Origin: Candidatus Limnocylindrales bacterium
GTDB taxonomy: Bacteria > Chloroflexota > Limnocylindria > Limnocylindrales > CSP1-4
Length of the DNA stretch: 64,000 nucleotides
Direction: 5' to 3'
Assembly (NCBI GenBank): GCA_036003325.1
Contig: DASYSM010000111.1
Coordinates: forward strand, 2,231-66,230
Made by a program: the position numbers and the translations under genes. This document shows, one piece after another, positions 26,201-35,858 of this stretch. The notes under the pieces were generated by a model, which did not search any database, was not told the DNA's origin, and was given only the letters and a program-made list of their open reading frames with translations. Every line of letters starts with the position of its first letter. Position 1 is the first letter of the stretch.

Positions 26201-28715
26201 ATGTCAGCCGGGCATCGGATGCCGCGATCACCTGCGCGCCGGCGTTGACCACCAGCAGGTGGTCGACCGGGTGATCGACCGTGGCGAGGTCGGTCGGGGT
26301 CGGCGCGGCACCCTCGACGCCGATGAGGTCGAGGTCGATCGTCGCCAGCCGGCCGTCCTCGTAGCCGATGACCAGTCGCTGGTTCGTATCGTCGATGGCG
26401 AGCGCGCTGGCGCCGGGCGCGGCCATGGTCGCGATCAGCTGGCGGGTCCTGAGGTCGTATGTCCTGATCTCCGTGCCCGTGGCGACATGGAGCCGCTCAC
26501 CGGCGCGCACATCCGACAGGGCGCCCGTCGGGCTGCTCGCCGCGGCCTCGTCGATGCGGCGTGCCTCGACCGCGGTGGCGACGACCGGCACGCCGAGGTC
26601 GCTGGTGGTGTCCACGTGATCGCCGCCCCACAGCACGATCCCGGCAGCCATCAGGTACTTCGCCAGATGCGGATGCGTCCACTCGTAGATGTCGTGCGAC
26701 AGTCCGTAGCGCCAGTCCTGCAGGAACTCGGTGGCCGTCCGTGCGTGGTAGACCTCGTCGAAGTGCATCTGCTGCGGCTGGTCGAGCCGGAACGTCCGCA
26801 GGACCAGCGTGCCGATGACGAGGACGACGACGATCCACAGGTCGAGCCGGTCGAGCCGCCCGCCACCCTCGTGGCGCAGCGTCGCCGTCCGATCCGGACG
26901 GACCGGCGGGTCGCTGTAGCGGGCCTTCAGCCAGCCGACGACGCCGAGGTCGTCGAAGCTCGGGCGCGCGGTCCAGCGGGGCATGCTGGCGACCGCGGCG
27001 CCGGTGCCGACCGCCGCGCCGGTGCCGACCGCCGCGTCGGCCGGAGCTGACGCGAGTGGCGGCCCGGCCGCGCTCGACCCGGGGACGGCGGCAAGCGCGA
27101 TCGCCGGGGCGTCCGTCAGCGGTCGGGCCGATGGGCTGCCCTCGTCGGTCCACCGCGCGTCCGCCTCCGCCTCGGCCTCGACGGACAGCGAGGCATCCTC
27201 GAGCTCGTCGGCCAGGCGATCGCGCGCGAGCGGACGCAGCTGCGCGAACGCCCACAGGAAGACGATCGCATTGACGATGGCGATGGCCGCGATGGGCAGC
27301 TCGGTCCTGAGCGCCGGGCCGATCCCCAGCCAGTCGGAGATGCCGGGGTTGTCGTAGAAGGGATTGGTCAGCGCGGCGTACATGTTGAGCAGGACCGTGA
27401 CCGAGAAGACCGCGTAGGCGATGCGCCAGCGCCAGGCGATCGCGGCGAGCATGACCGCCAGCGCGAAGGCCGGGTAGGCATACCGCTCGTGGACGCGGGT
27501 CGGGACCACGTAGAACGCGATCGCGAGGATGGTCAGCCCGAGCAGGAGCGTGAGCCGGTCCGGTCGGCGCGCGACCACCACCGCCACGATCGAGATGACG
27601 ATCAACATCGCGATGCCGCCGACGAGCACCGCCGGGATCGGGCCGAAGGTCGCCACGCCCGATCCGCAGATGTCGGGTCCCCACGGCCCATCGCACACCC
27701 ACAGCCCCGAGTTGGCGAGGCTGTTGCCCGTGTCCCCGGCGACCAGTGCCCACGGGTTGAAGGCGTTGACCGTGAGGTACGGGTAGCCCGACGCGGTGGC
27801 GAAGACCTGCGCCAGGAGGCCCGACGTGACGTACGGCGCGGTCGAGCTGAAGGTCACGACCGACAGCCCGAAGGGCAGGCAGAGCAGGAAGGTCGTCGCC
27901 AGGGCGACGACGCCGGTCGTCACGATCCGGATGGGATGGTCGGTCCGCCGCTCCCAGGCGCGGAGACGCGCCACGGGCCCCGTTGCGGCGCGCACCGACC
28001 CCGGCGGGCCGTCAACGTCGGCCTCGTCAGCCTCGTCGCCGTCGTCGCGGCCGACCGCCTCGCGGACCGGCCACAGCGCCCGTCGCACCGTGACCACGAT
28101 CACGAGCGGGATCAGGATCGCCAGCTGCGGCTTGATGAGGGCGGCGATGACCGCGAAGATCGCCGACCGCTCGGGGCGGTCGCGCCACAGGTCGCGCAAT
28201 CCGAGCAGCAGGAAGACGACCCCGACCGAGTCGACCTGGCCCCAGACCACCGAGTCGAACCAGCTGATCGGGTTCACGACCGCGACGAACGCCGCAGCGA
28301 GCGCCAGGCCGCGCCGGGCGCCGAGCTCGAGGAGCATCGACCAGACCAGCCAGCCGATGACCAGGTCGGCGAGGATCGCCGGGATCTTGATCAGCCCGAC
28401 CCCGACGCCGCCGATGACCTGGCCGATGAGGCCGATCAGCCACAGGACGTAGAGGTACCCGGGCGTGTAGTCGTGGAAGAAGTCGCGGTCGTAGAAGCCG
28501 TGCGGTCCATTGGTGGCGAGGTCGGACGCCCAGAACCGGAAGGCGTTCAGGTCGACGCCGAAGCCGGAGCCCGGGAACAGATACGCGAGGATGAGCCGGA
28601 GGGCGAGGCCGAGCGCGAGGACCACGAGGAGCGCGCCGACGGCACCCTGCGTCCCGGTCAGCCGCGACGGCGCTCGCGTGCCTCGCTCGGTCCCGCCGGA
28701 TGCGGGGCCAGTCAC
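23193..28715 (-). CDS. 1840-aa polytopic protein: an N-terminal GT-C-like module fused to a PMT/ArnT (GT39-type) glycosyltransferase that carries a ~415-aa soluble insert
   Basis: Single uninterrupted ORF. Residues 1-500 are multi-TM with loop motif FYDRDFFHDYTPGYLYVLW. Residues 560-575 form an AAVGTG repeat linker. Residues 620-700 carry PMT-type loop-1 motifs (HFDEVYHA, WTHPHLAKYLMAAG). Residues 700-1115 are non-hydrophobic. Residues 1116-1840 are a polytopic PMT-like core and C-terminal TM bundle. Confidence 0.7.
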   Translation of the reverse strand: MTGPASGGTERGTRAPSRLTGTQGAVGALLVVLALGLALRLILAYLFPGSGFGVDLNAFRFWASDLATNGPHGFYDRDFFHDYTPGYLYVLWLIGLIGQVIGGVGVGLIKIPAILADLVIGWLVWSMLLELGARRGLALAAAFVAVVNPISWFDSVVWGQVDSVGVVFLLLGLRDLWRDRPERSAIFAVIAALIKPQLAILIPLVIVVTVRRALWPVREAVGRDDGDEADEADVDGPPGSVRAATGPVARLRAWERRTDHPIRIVTTGVVALATTFLLCLPFGLSVVTFSSTAPYVTSGLLAQVFATASGYPYLTVNAFNPWALVAGDTGNSLANSGLWVCDGPWGPDICGSGVATFGPIPAVLVGGIAMLIVISIVAVVVARRPDRLTLLLGLTILAIAFYVVPTRVHERYAYPAFALAVMLAAIAWRWRIAYAVFSVTVLLNMYAALTNPFYDNPGISDWLGIGPALRTELPIAAIAIVNAIVFLWAFAQLRPLARDRLADELEDASLSVEAEAEADARWTDEGSPSARPLTDAPAIALAAVPGSSAAGPPLASAPADAAVGTGAAVGTGAAVASMPRWTARPSFDDLGVVGWLKARYSDPPVRPDRTATLRHEGGGRLDRLDLWIVVVLVIGTLVLRTFRLDQPQQMHFDEVYHARTATEFLQDWRYGLSHDIYEWTHPHLAKYLMAAGIVLWGGDHVDTTSDLGVPVVATAVEARRIDEAAASSPTGALSDVRAGERLHVATGTEIRTYDLRTRQLIATMAAPGASALAIDDTNQRLVIGYEDGRLATIDLDLIGVEGAAPTPTDLATVDHPVDHLLVVNAGAQVIAASDARLTSVDTDAGRIIGSLDLAGIADLAPGGSGSAVVAAKDEVTDPAAVAASLATILGMSARDVEDKLASASPGTTVALGDPGSGDARTKLDAAIADGKLPGVRVDAVTRVAVATDDGVAFVDPEQATSVTTIKLAGGAHGLAQVTGIDDPKLYATSGGPEAPSYDVIAIGGDPAKGGPTDKGPGLGLQPLPGPGTWVAYDPASQMVHILGLAQDATAAGPWTVYVVEPHGNAVYADARLPDGFVPSAWGADFNPDYPSDDRQQLLVFDGAGASASIDAGSHAFAWRLPGVIAGALTAALLYLLTRILFRRRLVAGLVGLFVIADGMFFVQSRIGMNDVYVGLFIVAAYTLFAAIWTGWWKGRAAFWIAMPAIGVLLGLALASKWVAAYAIGALLLLILLRSALGRVLAILGLIGITGVLGYMAISVPPAVAGGDPGFGNMTFLLIMIALTLLAVFVAVVHPVAWTDDEMRFGIGAPVALGALVFFGALATGRLDATITLGSVSITMLEMAIVLGLGSLVVYGLFWLGGRIGFGPLAAPPGQDDPIRLLDPPGAPAEGWLRPGWLAGIPVVWTLVCVIAVPLVVYVISYIPWAMIENHQLVPGWPPGHTGQTLLDLTGQMYAYHNGLTAAHPASSPWWAWPLNLKPVWFYQGTLAGGTSAALYDAGSLVIWWLGIPAIAFVSWMAFRRRSPALALVAIAFAAQWIPWARIDRAAFQYHYYTALPFVVMALAYFMAELWHGASRHTWALARIAGGLAIMGPALMWLLHRPICALVGVDSVNPGSQACPAVIPDFVLTAQTAGLAIVLAIGLVVIVRGFLAMQAEEPFDDGRTVATPALIRLVIAGAVIALALVVLTVVLPDTAILTLTNIPVEPIALVVAVPLGYLGLQVFASRDARRFVVGFAVAVVGWFVILYPNISALPLPAAVTAAYQGILPTYLYAFQFPVSTVTRDTNAPVFTPMLALLLIALTVTCLVVAYSAWVWRLALAEAKAASATSEDAEGLARSGGA

Positions 28716-28900
28716 CGGGAGATCGGCTCCTGCACGAGCGTGGAAGGTGGACCGGAGCGTAGCACAGGGTCGGCTGGCAGACCCCGGGGCCCGTCCGGAC
28801 GGGCTTCGCGCCGCAGATACGGCATGCTTCGCGCCATGACCCTCATCGCCCTGCCCGGCGTCTCGACACGACCGGGCATCCAGTGGAGCCGGCCGCGCGG

Positions 28901-30580
28901 ATGGTGACCCCTTCGAGATGGAACCGGCTCGCGGCGGCCGTCCTCGTCGCCGTGCTCGCCTTCATCGCCGCGTGGCTGGCGATGATGCCCGGCGTGGCGT
29001 ACTGGGACACGGCAGAGCTCCAGGCCGTCGCGCCGCTGATGGGTACCGCCCATCCGACCGGCTTCCCGACCTATGTGCTCCTCGGCTGGCTGGCCTCCGT
29101 CCTCCTGCAGCCGTTCGGCGAGCCGGCCTTCCGGATGAACCTGTTCTCGGCCATCTGCCTGGCCGTGGCCGCGGCCGTGACGGTCGACCTGGTCCGCATG
29201 CTGACCGGCTGGCTGGCCCTCGGGATCGCGGCCGGGATCGCCATGGCCCTGACACCGATCGCCTGGGCGATCGGGACCCACGCCGAGGCCCACTCGCTCC
29301 ACCTGGCCCTCGTCGCCATCCTGCTCTGGCTCCTGGTCGCCTGGGACGCGCGGGCCAGGGCAGCATCGGCCGAGGCGCCCGACGGCGGCGGCGCGGGCCA
29401 GGCGCCCGACGATGGCGCCGCGGGCCAAACGCCCGCGACCGCGGGCCCTGCGTCCGGCCGCGGCGATCGCTACCTGGTCGCGGCGGCGTTCGTGTTCGCC
29501 CTGGCGGTCGGCAACCACTCGCTGACACTCCTGCTCGCGATCCCGGTCGGGCTCTATGTCCTGGCCGTCGATCCGGGCATCTGGCGCCGCGGGCGGCTGG
29601 TGCTGTCGTGCGTCGGTGTCCTGGCGCTGACCCTGGTCCTCGTGTACCTCGAGCTGCCGCTCCGCGCCGGCCCGTTTCGTGCGGCGCTCGTCTACGGCAC
29701 GCCCGACACCTGGGACGGCTTCCGCTACATCGTCCTCGCCGAGCAGTTCCAGGGCAGCCTCAATGATCCGTTCGGGGAGCTCCCGCGCAAGTTCGGCGAG
29801 CTGGTCGGTCGCACGTCCGGGCAGTTCGGCATCCTCGCGCTGCTCGTCCCGGTCGCCTTCGTCGTGACCGCGATCCGGCGCCCGCGCTATGCGCTCCTGA
29901 CCGGGTCGGCCGCCGCGATCACCTGCTTCTTCGCCGCGTCATACGACAACGCCGACATCGGTCGCTACTACCTCGGGCCGGCGCTGATGGCCTGGACGTG
30001 GCTGGCGATCCTGGCGGCCGCCGTCATCGACGTGCTCATGCCGGCAGGCGGCCGATCGACCGACGCGACCGAGGCCGACGCCACGGATGCGAGGTCCGCC
30101 GACGCGCTGCCGTCGGATCGCGCCTCTGCCCGCGCGCCCGCAGCGGGCATGGTGGCGGTCCTTCTCGGGTTCATGCTCGTGACACCGACCCTGGCCGTCC
30201 TGCCGGAACGGTACGCGACCGTCGACGAGAGCCACCAGACGGACGCCGCACGCTGGGTCGACCACGCCCTCAGGGTCATGGAGCCCGACTCGGTGATCGT
30301 CAGCTGGTGGAGCTACTCGACGCCGCTCTGGTATGAGCAGCGGGTCGAGGGCCGCCGCCCCGACATCGAGATCGTGGACGACCGCACCCGGCTCGACGAG
30401 AAGCTCGGCAGCATCGAAGACGTGATCGACGCCAACCTCGGCAAGCGACCCGTGTACGTGATCCGGCTCGACCCCGGCGAGGTCGCCGCCCTCGCCCTGC
30501 GCTACGACCTCGAGTACGTCGATGGCTACGACGCCACCGGCCTCACCCGCGTCATCGGACCGCGGACGGCCGCCGGCTAG
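28901..30580 (+). CDS. DUF2723 / TMEM260-like GT-C membrane glycosyltransferase
   Basis: N-terminal signature MPGVAYWDTAELQAVAPLMGTAHPTGFPTY, followed by a polytopic region and a soluble C-terminal domain. Alternative in-frame GTG start at 28883. Confidence 0.65.
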   Translation: MVTPSRWNRLAAAVLVAVLAFIAAWLAMMPGVAYWDTAELQAVAPLMGTAHPTGFPTYVLLGWLASVLLQPFGEPAFRMNLFSAICLAVAAAVTVDLVRMLTGWLALGIAAGIAMALTPIAWAIGTHAEAHSLHLALVAILLWLLVAWDARARAASAEAPDGGGAGQAPDDGAAGQTPATAGPASGRGDRYLVAAAFVFALAVGNHSLTLLLAIPVGLYVLAVDPGIWRRGRLVLSCVGVLALTLVLVYLELPLRAGPFRAALVYGTPDTWDGFRYIVLAEQFQGSLNDPFGELPRKFGELVGRTSGQFGILALLVPVAFVVTAIRRPRYALLTGSAAAITCFFAASYDNADIGRYYLGPALMAWTWLAILAAAVIDVLMPAGGRSTDATEADATDARSADALPSDRASARAPAAGMVAVLLGFMLVTPTLAVLPERYATVDESHQTDAARWVDHALRVMEPDSVIVSWWSYSTPLWYEQRVEGRRPDIEIVDDRTRLDEKLGSIEDVIDANLGKRPVYVIRLDPGEVAALALRYDLEYVDGYDATGLTRVIGPRTAAG

Positions 30581-31134
30581 CTCGAGCGGCCTTCCCCTTC
30601 GGCGTCGACGTCGAGCGAGTTGACGAAATCGCGGAACACGTCGAGCCGCGGGTCCACCAGGTTCTCGCCGGTCATCTCGAGAGTCGAGCCCTCGGCCCCC
30701 TCGATGTCGTCGCCGATCCCCCCGTCACCACCGAGCGCCGCCTGGTCGAGGACCGCCTCGGCGGCGAAGATCCGGACGCCGGCGCGGACCGCGAGCGCCA
30801 GGGCATCCGATGGCCGGGCGTCCACCTCGACGGTCCGGTCGTCGCGCTGGAGCACGATCCGGGCGTGGAACGTCTCGTCGGCGAGCTCGCTGATGACCAC
30901 TCGCTCGATGCGCGTCCCGAGCTCGTCGAGCGTGGTCGCGAACAGGTCGTGGGTCAGCGGGCGCTCCGGGGTCAGTCCCTGGAGCTTCATGGCGATGGCA
31001 CTCGCCTCCCACGGACCGATCCAGATGGGCAGGTATCGGTCACGGGCGAGGTCCTTCAGGATGACCACGTGGCGGCTTGAGAGCATGTGGACCCGGACGC
31101 TCTCGACGACCATCTCGACCAGTCCGTCGTCCAT
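30577..31134 (-). CDS. Bifunctional nuclease (BFN/DUF151) family protein
   Basis: 185 aa: [31 protein letters not shown]...RPLTHDL...[13 protein letters not shown]. Confidence 0.75.
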   Translation of the reverse strand: MDDGLVEMVVESVRVHMLSSRHVVILKDLARDRYLPIWIGPWEASAIAMKLQGLTPERPLTHDLFATTLDELGTRIERVVISELADETFHARIVLQRDDRTVEVDARPSDALALAVRAGVRIFAAEAVLDQAALGGDGGIGDDIEGAEGSTLEMTGENLVDPRLDVFRDFVNSLDVDAEGEGRSS

Positions 31135-31141
31135 GGCCCGA

Positions 31142-31864
<723 letters not shown>

Positions 31865-31874
31865 TGAGCGCCGG

Positions 31875-34160
31875 TCAGTGCTTCTTCGTGGGCTTCGGTG
31901 TCGCCTTCGTCGGGCTGCTGCTCGGCGCCAGGCTCGCGCTCGCGCTCGCGCTCGGGCTCGGGCTCGACGACGCGGCGGTGTCGGGCACCGCCACCAGGAT
32001 CGCCTGGTTCACGCCGTCCTTCGACAGCCAGACGAGGGTGGCTGGACCATCGCCCGATCCCGGGATGATGTAGAACCCGCGCAGGTCGGACCAGCCCTTC
32101 GCACCGCCGGCCAAGCGGTACTGCTCCTGGTAGCTGCCGTCCGTCTTCGAGAGGGCGACGACCCGTGCGTTGGGCTTGTCATAGCCGAAGATCGAGCCCT
32201 GGCGCCGAGCGGGCCCGGCGGCCACGATCGAATAGACCGGTGCCGGGCGGAGCAGGGTGTCCTTCGGCGCCTTTGCGTCCCAACCCTCGCTCTTGCCCGT
32301 GACGTAGCGGACGATCGCTCCTCCATCGGCCACGAACATGTCGCCGTCGACGAATGTCGATGTCATCTGCGACACGTCACGTGCGACCGCCAGCCACGGG
32401 GCCGGGTTCGGCGCCGGAAAGCCGCTGCCGTCGGCGGCCGGCGCGTAGGAGCGGATCTGCTGTTCCGAGGGATCGACGATGTACAGGTTGTACAGACCCT
32501 GGGTGCCGGGTTTCAGCCACGCGTTCATGTTCAGGATGTCGTTGCCGAGCGAGGCCGAGCCGTTGAGGATGACCTTCGTCATCGTCCCCTTTCCGCTGTC
32601 GTCGGCCGGCCGCCACCGCCAGAGCGCGTTCTTCGAGTCGAGGATCAGGAGGTCCTGGCCCGCCGCCGCAAGGAAGCGCGGCGTCGCGACCGTCCCGGAC
32701 TTCGTCTTCGTCCCGTTCTTGGCCACCAGCGTCGCGGTCGGCGTCTTCAGGCCGATCCGGTAGACAGCCTTCGTGGCGTTATCGATGACGTACGGGTTCC
32801 CGTCCGGCCCGCGGACGATCGCGGTCAGATCCGTCGGGGCGGCGTCGGCCGCGGTCTTGAACGTGAACAGCGGCGTCGAGGCGACGGGCACCACCCCGTA
32901 CAACCGATCGAGGCCGGCCACCGTCTTGGCCCGCAGCGGGGTCACCACCGAAGCGTTGACGTGCGCGGCTTCGGCGGCGTCGAGCTGCTGGGCGGCGTCG
33001 GTCAGGAGCCGCAGCGCCTGGGACGGATCGTCGGTGACCAGGTCGATGCCCGGCCCACTGACCTTGGCCAGATCCGCCTTGGCCAGGTCGATCGCCTTCT
33101 GGCCCGCGTTGACCGAGCTGATGGCCTGCTGCGGCGGGTTGCCGCCGAAGGCGTAGACGCCGAGGCCCAGCGCGCCGACCACCACGACCAGGGTCAGGAT
33201 CGCCAGCGCCGCGCGGCGCTGGGTCTCGCGTCGCGACGCAAGGGGCGTCACGCGACGATATGCCGGCTTGCGGTGGGGCATCAGGTCCTGGACCCGGGCG
33301 ACCGCCCGCTCGAGCGCACCACCGGCGGCCGATCGCGCGCTGCCCGCCGCGGCGGTGACCGCGACCCCGGCCGCCTGGACGTTGTCGGCAAGCGGGATCG
33401 GCGAGCGGTCCGGCGCTCCGGCCAGGGGTTCGGCCGGGCGGACCGGCACCAGGGTCCGGGCGCGGCTGGTCGACGACACCTCGGTCGCCTCGAACGCGAT
33501 GGCGCCATCGCTGCCGGAGCCGTCGGCGGCCACGAAGCGCTGGTGGAGGTGCTCCATCGCCGACTGCGGGTGGAGGGTGAGCATCGCGTCCTTGAGCTCG
33601 TCGGCCCCGATCTTGGCGATGACGTTGGGCGAGACGAGCACGAGCGAGTCCCCGACCGAGATCTCGCCCCGCCAGACCTCGGGCTCGATGGCACCCGACG
33701 GCAGCCCGCGCTCGCGGTGCGGGTCGGGCAGCGTCGACAGCCGCGCCTGGCGGATCAGGTAGGCCTCGGCCGGCCCGACCGTCGCCACGTACATCTCGCT
33801 GCCCCGGACGACGGCCACCCCGATGCCGATCGGCCCGTTCTCGTCGGTCGTCCGCAACCCCAACCGGTCCGCCTGGTGGGCGAGGCGCTTGTTGGCCGTG
33901 GCGATGGCCTTCTGGATGCAGACGCGGATCCCGGCCGACTCGTCGTAGTAGTACTCGTTCCGGATCGTCTCGGCCGCGAGACGGGTCGCCTCGAGCGCGT
34001 GGCGCGACGAGATGCGCGAGGTCACCAGCAGGTAGAGATGGCCCTTCGAGCGCGCCACGGAACCAACGCTGGGCTCGACGACGACGAGCGTGTCGGGCGA
34101 GTCGTCGAGGCGGTCGTGCTCGGCGACGACACCGAGCTTCATGTGGAGCCGAACGGCCAT
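31875..34160 (-). CDS. Membrane protein with a degenerate N-terminal PP2C-like domain and a large extracytoplasmic C-terminal domain
   Basis: 761 aa. The N-terminal ~230 aa resemble PP2C/SpoIIE layout (GHLYLLVTS..., VATVGPAEAYLIR, GDSLVLVSPNV). One TM segment (AALAILTLVVVVGALGLGVYAF). Ser-rich C-terminal tail. The domain call is weak. Confidence 0.45.
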   Translation of the reverse strand: MAVRLHMKLGVVAEHDRLDDSPDTLVVVEPSVGSVARSKGHLYLLVTSRISSRHALEATRLAAETIRNEYYYDESAGIRVCIQKAIATANKRLAHQADRLGLRTTDENGPIGIGVAVVRGSEMYVATVGPAEAYLIRQARLSTLPDPHRERGLPSGAIEPEVWRGEISVGDSLVLVSPNVIAKIGADELKDAMLTLHPQSAMEHLHQRFVAADGSGSDGAIAFEATEVSSTSRARTLVPVRPAEPLAGAPDRSPIPLADNVQAAGVAVTAAAGSARSAAGGALERAVARVQDLMPHRKPAYRRVTPLASRRETQRRAALAILTLVVVVGALGLGVYAFGGNPPQQAISSVNAGQKAIDLAKADLAKVSGPGIDLVTDDPSQALRLLTDAAQQLDAAEAAHVNASVVTPLRAKTVAGLDRLYGVVPVASTPLFTFKTAADAAPTDLTAIVRGPDGNPYVIDNATKAVYRIGLKTPTATLVAKNGTKTKSGTVATPRFLAAAGQDLLILDSKNALWRWRPADDSGKGTMTKVILNGSASLGNDILNMNAWLKPGTQGLYNLYIVDPSEQQIRSYAPAADGSGFPAPNPAPWLAVARDVSQMTSTFVDGDMFVADGGAIVRYVTGKSEGWDAKAPKDTLLRPAPVYSIVAAGPARRQGSIFGYDKPNARVVALSKTDGSYQEQYRLAGGAKGWSDLRGFYIIPGSGDGPATLVWLSKDGVNQAILVAVPDTAASSSPSPSASASASLAPSSSPTKATPKPTKKH

Positions 34161-34301
34161 CCGGGCCTCTTGTGATCTGGCGGACGCGCGGTCTGGGCGC
34201 CGCGGGACTGACGGACGGGGGCTCGACCGGACCTGGCTGAGCTCTCCCGGAGCTCGGGCCGCGGGCGATCCCCCCTTGAGGTGGCTGGCAGGTGACGGGG
34301 A

Positions 34302-34634
34302 TTATACGCGGGCACCTCCGTGACGGACGTGGACCCGCAGCTCACGCGCCCCGACCCCGCCGGGCGCCGCCGCGAAGGCGGTCAGCAGCTCGCCGGCGCG
34401 AAGGCGGAGCTCCTGGGCGACGATCGGCGCGTCGGCCTCCACGTCGAGCGTGAAGCCCTCCAGGCGGATGACACGGCAGGCTCCGGCGGCGGCCGGGACG
34501 CGCTCGGCCACGATCGCCTCGAAGGTCGCGATCGCCCGCGACAAGCGCAGCTCGTCCTCGAGCCCGAGGGCGCGCGCGGCATCGGGGAGGAGCTCGCCGA
34601 GACGGACCATCGGCCGCCGCCGTGGCTGGCTCAC
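34302..34634 (-). CDS. dciA: DUF721/DciA-like protein
   Basis: 110 aa, GTGA-overlapped with the recF stop. It sits in the conserved position after recF. Sequence LGELLPDAARALGLEDELRLSRAIATFEAIV. Confidence 0.6.
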   Translation of the reverse strand: MSQPRRRPMVRLGELLPDAARALGLEDELRLSRAIATFEAIVAERVPAAAGACRVIRLEGFTLDVEADAPIVAQELRLRAGELLTAFAAAPGGVGARELRVHVRHGGARV

Positions 34635-35773
34635 ACCGCCGCCTTCGACGTCCTGAGCAGTCCGGCGCCGCCCGGCCCGACCGAGACCTCCCAGGCCGTG
34701 GCGTTCCTGCGCAGCTCCGGATCGAGGTCGTCGAGCGTGGTCGTGGTGACGAACGCCTGCGGCAGCGCCGCGATCCGGCGGACGAGGTGAGAACGACGTT
34801 CCGGGTCGAGCTCGGAGAAGACGTCGTCGAGGAGCAGGAGCGGCGGACGCCCGTCGAGGGCGGTCACGACGTCGAGCTCCGCGAGCTTGAGCGCCAGGAT
34901 CGCGGTCCGCTGCTGGCCACGCGAGGCGAACCCGGCCAGGTCGCGCCCGTCGAGCTCGAAGACGAGGTCGTCCCGATGCGGGCCGACCAGGGTCGACCCG
35001 TTCCAGACCTCCTTGTCCGCAGTCTCGGCCAGCCGGCGCGCCAGCGCGTCACGGGCCGTCTCGCCGGGGAGCGGCGGCGCGTTCGTCACGGAGCGCAACG
35101 TCAGACGTGCCGCGGCGGCCTCGTCGGGGGCGATCTCGGCGTGTGCTGCCGCCAGCGGCCCGGCGAGCCGCTCGAGCAATCGCTCCCGCTCGGCGACGAT
35201 GGCGGCCCCGGCGTCGAGGAAGGCACCGTCCCAGAAGCGCAGCTCGTCGCGCGAGGCGCCCTCCTCGCGGATGGCCCGGAGCAGGCTGTTCCGCTGCTGG
35301 AGCGTCCGGCCGTACGTGCTCAGGGCATCCCCGTAGGCCGGCGAGCCGGCCGTCGCGAGCTGGTCGATGACGGCACGCCGGAGCGACGGCGAGCCGGCGA
35401 TCAGGAGCATCTCCTCGGGGGCGAACAGCACGACCCGCAGGAGCCCGGACAGCGCAGCCGCGCGCCGGCCCAGGCCGTTGACCCGGATCCGCTTTCGACC
35501 GGCCGATCCGCCCGCGCCCGACCGGACCACCGCAACCTCGATCGTGTCGCGGCCGACCTCTCCCTCGACCCGGGCGAGGTCGGTCCCCCAGCGGATCAGC
35601 TCGCCGTCCGTGCTCGTCCGATGCGAACGACCCCAGGCGAGCAGCACCATCGCCTCGAGCAGGCTGGTCTTGCCGGCCGCATTCGGGCCCCAGACGAGAT
35701 GTGGCCCCGGACCGAACGACGCGTCGAGCGACGCGTAGCCCCGGAGGTCGAGCAGGCGGAGGCTATCGAGCAC
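34631..35773 (-). CDS. recF: DNA replication and repair protein RecF
   Basis: 380 aa with Walker A GPNAAGKTSLLEA and the SMC-like signature/Walker B LLLLDDVFSELD. Follows dnaN. Confidence 0.9.
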   Translation of the reverse strand: MLDSLRLLDLRGYASLDASFGPGPHLVWGPNAAGKTSLLEAMVLLAWGRSHRTSTDGELIRWGTDLARVEGEVGRDTIEVAVVRSGAGGSAGRKRIRVNGLGRRAAALSGLLRVVLFAPEEMLLIAGSPSLRRAVIDQLATAGSPAYGDALSTYGRTLQQRNSLLRAIREEGASRDELRFWDGAFLDAGAAIVAERERLLERLAGPLAAAHAEIAPDEAAAARLTLRSVTNAPPLPGETARDALARRLAETADKEVWNGSTLVGPHRDDLVFELDGRDLAGFASRGQQRTAILALKLAELDVVTALDGRPPLLLLDDVFSELDPERRSHLVRRIAALPQAFVTTTTLDDLDPELRRNATAWEVSVGPGGAGLLRTSKAAV

Positions 35774-35858
35774 GGGCGATCGGCACCCTCAACGTCGAGC
35801 CGGCACGCATGCTCCGAGGCGCGAGGCGGAGCCCCGCGAGCCCCATCGGCCCGACGAT

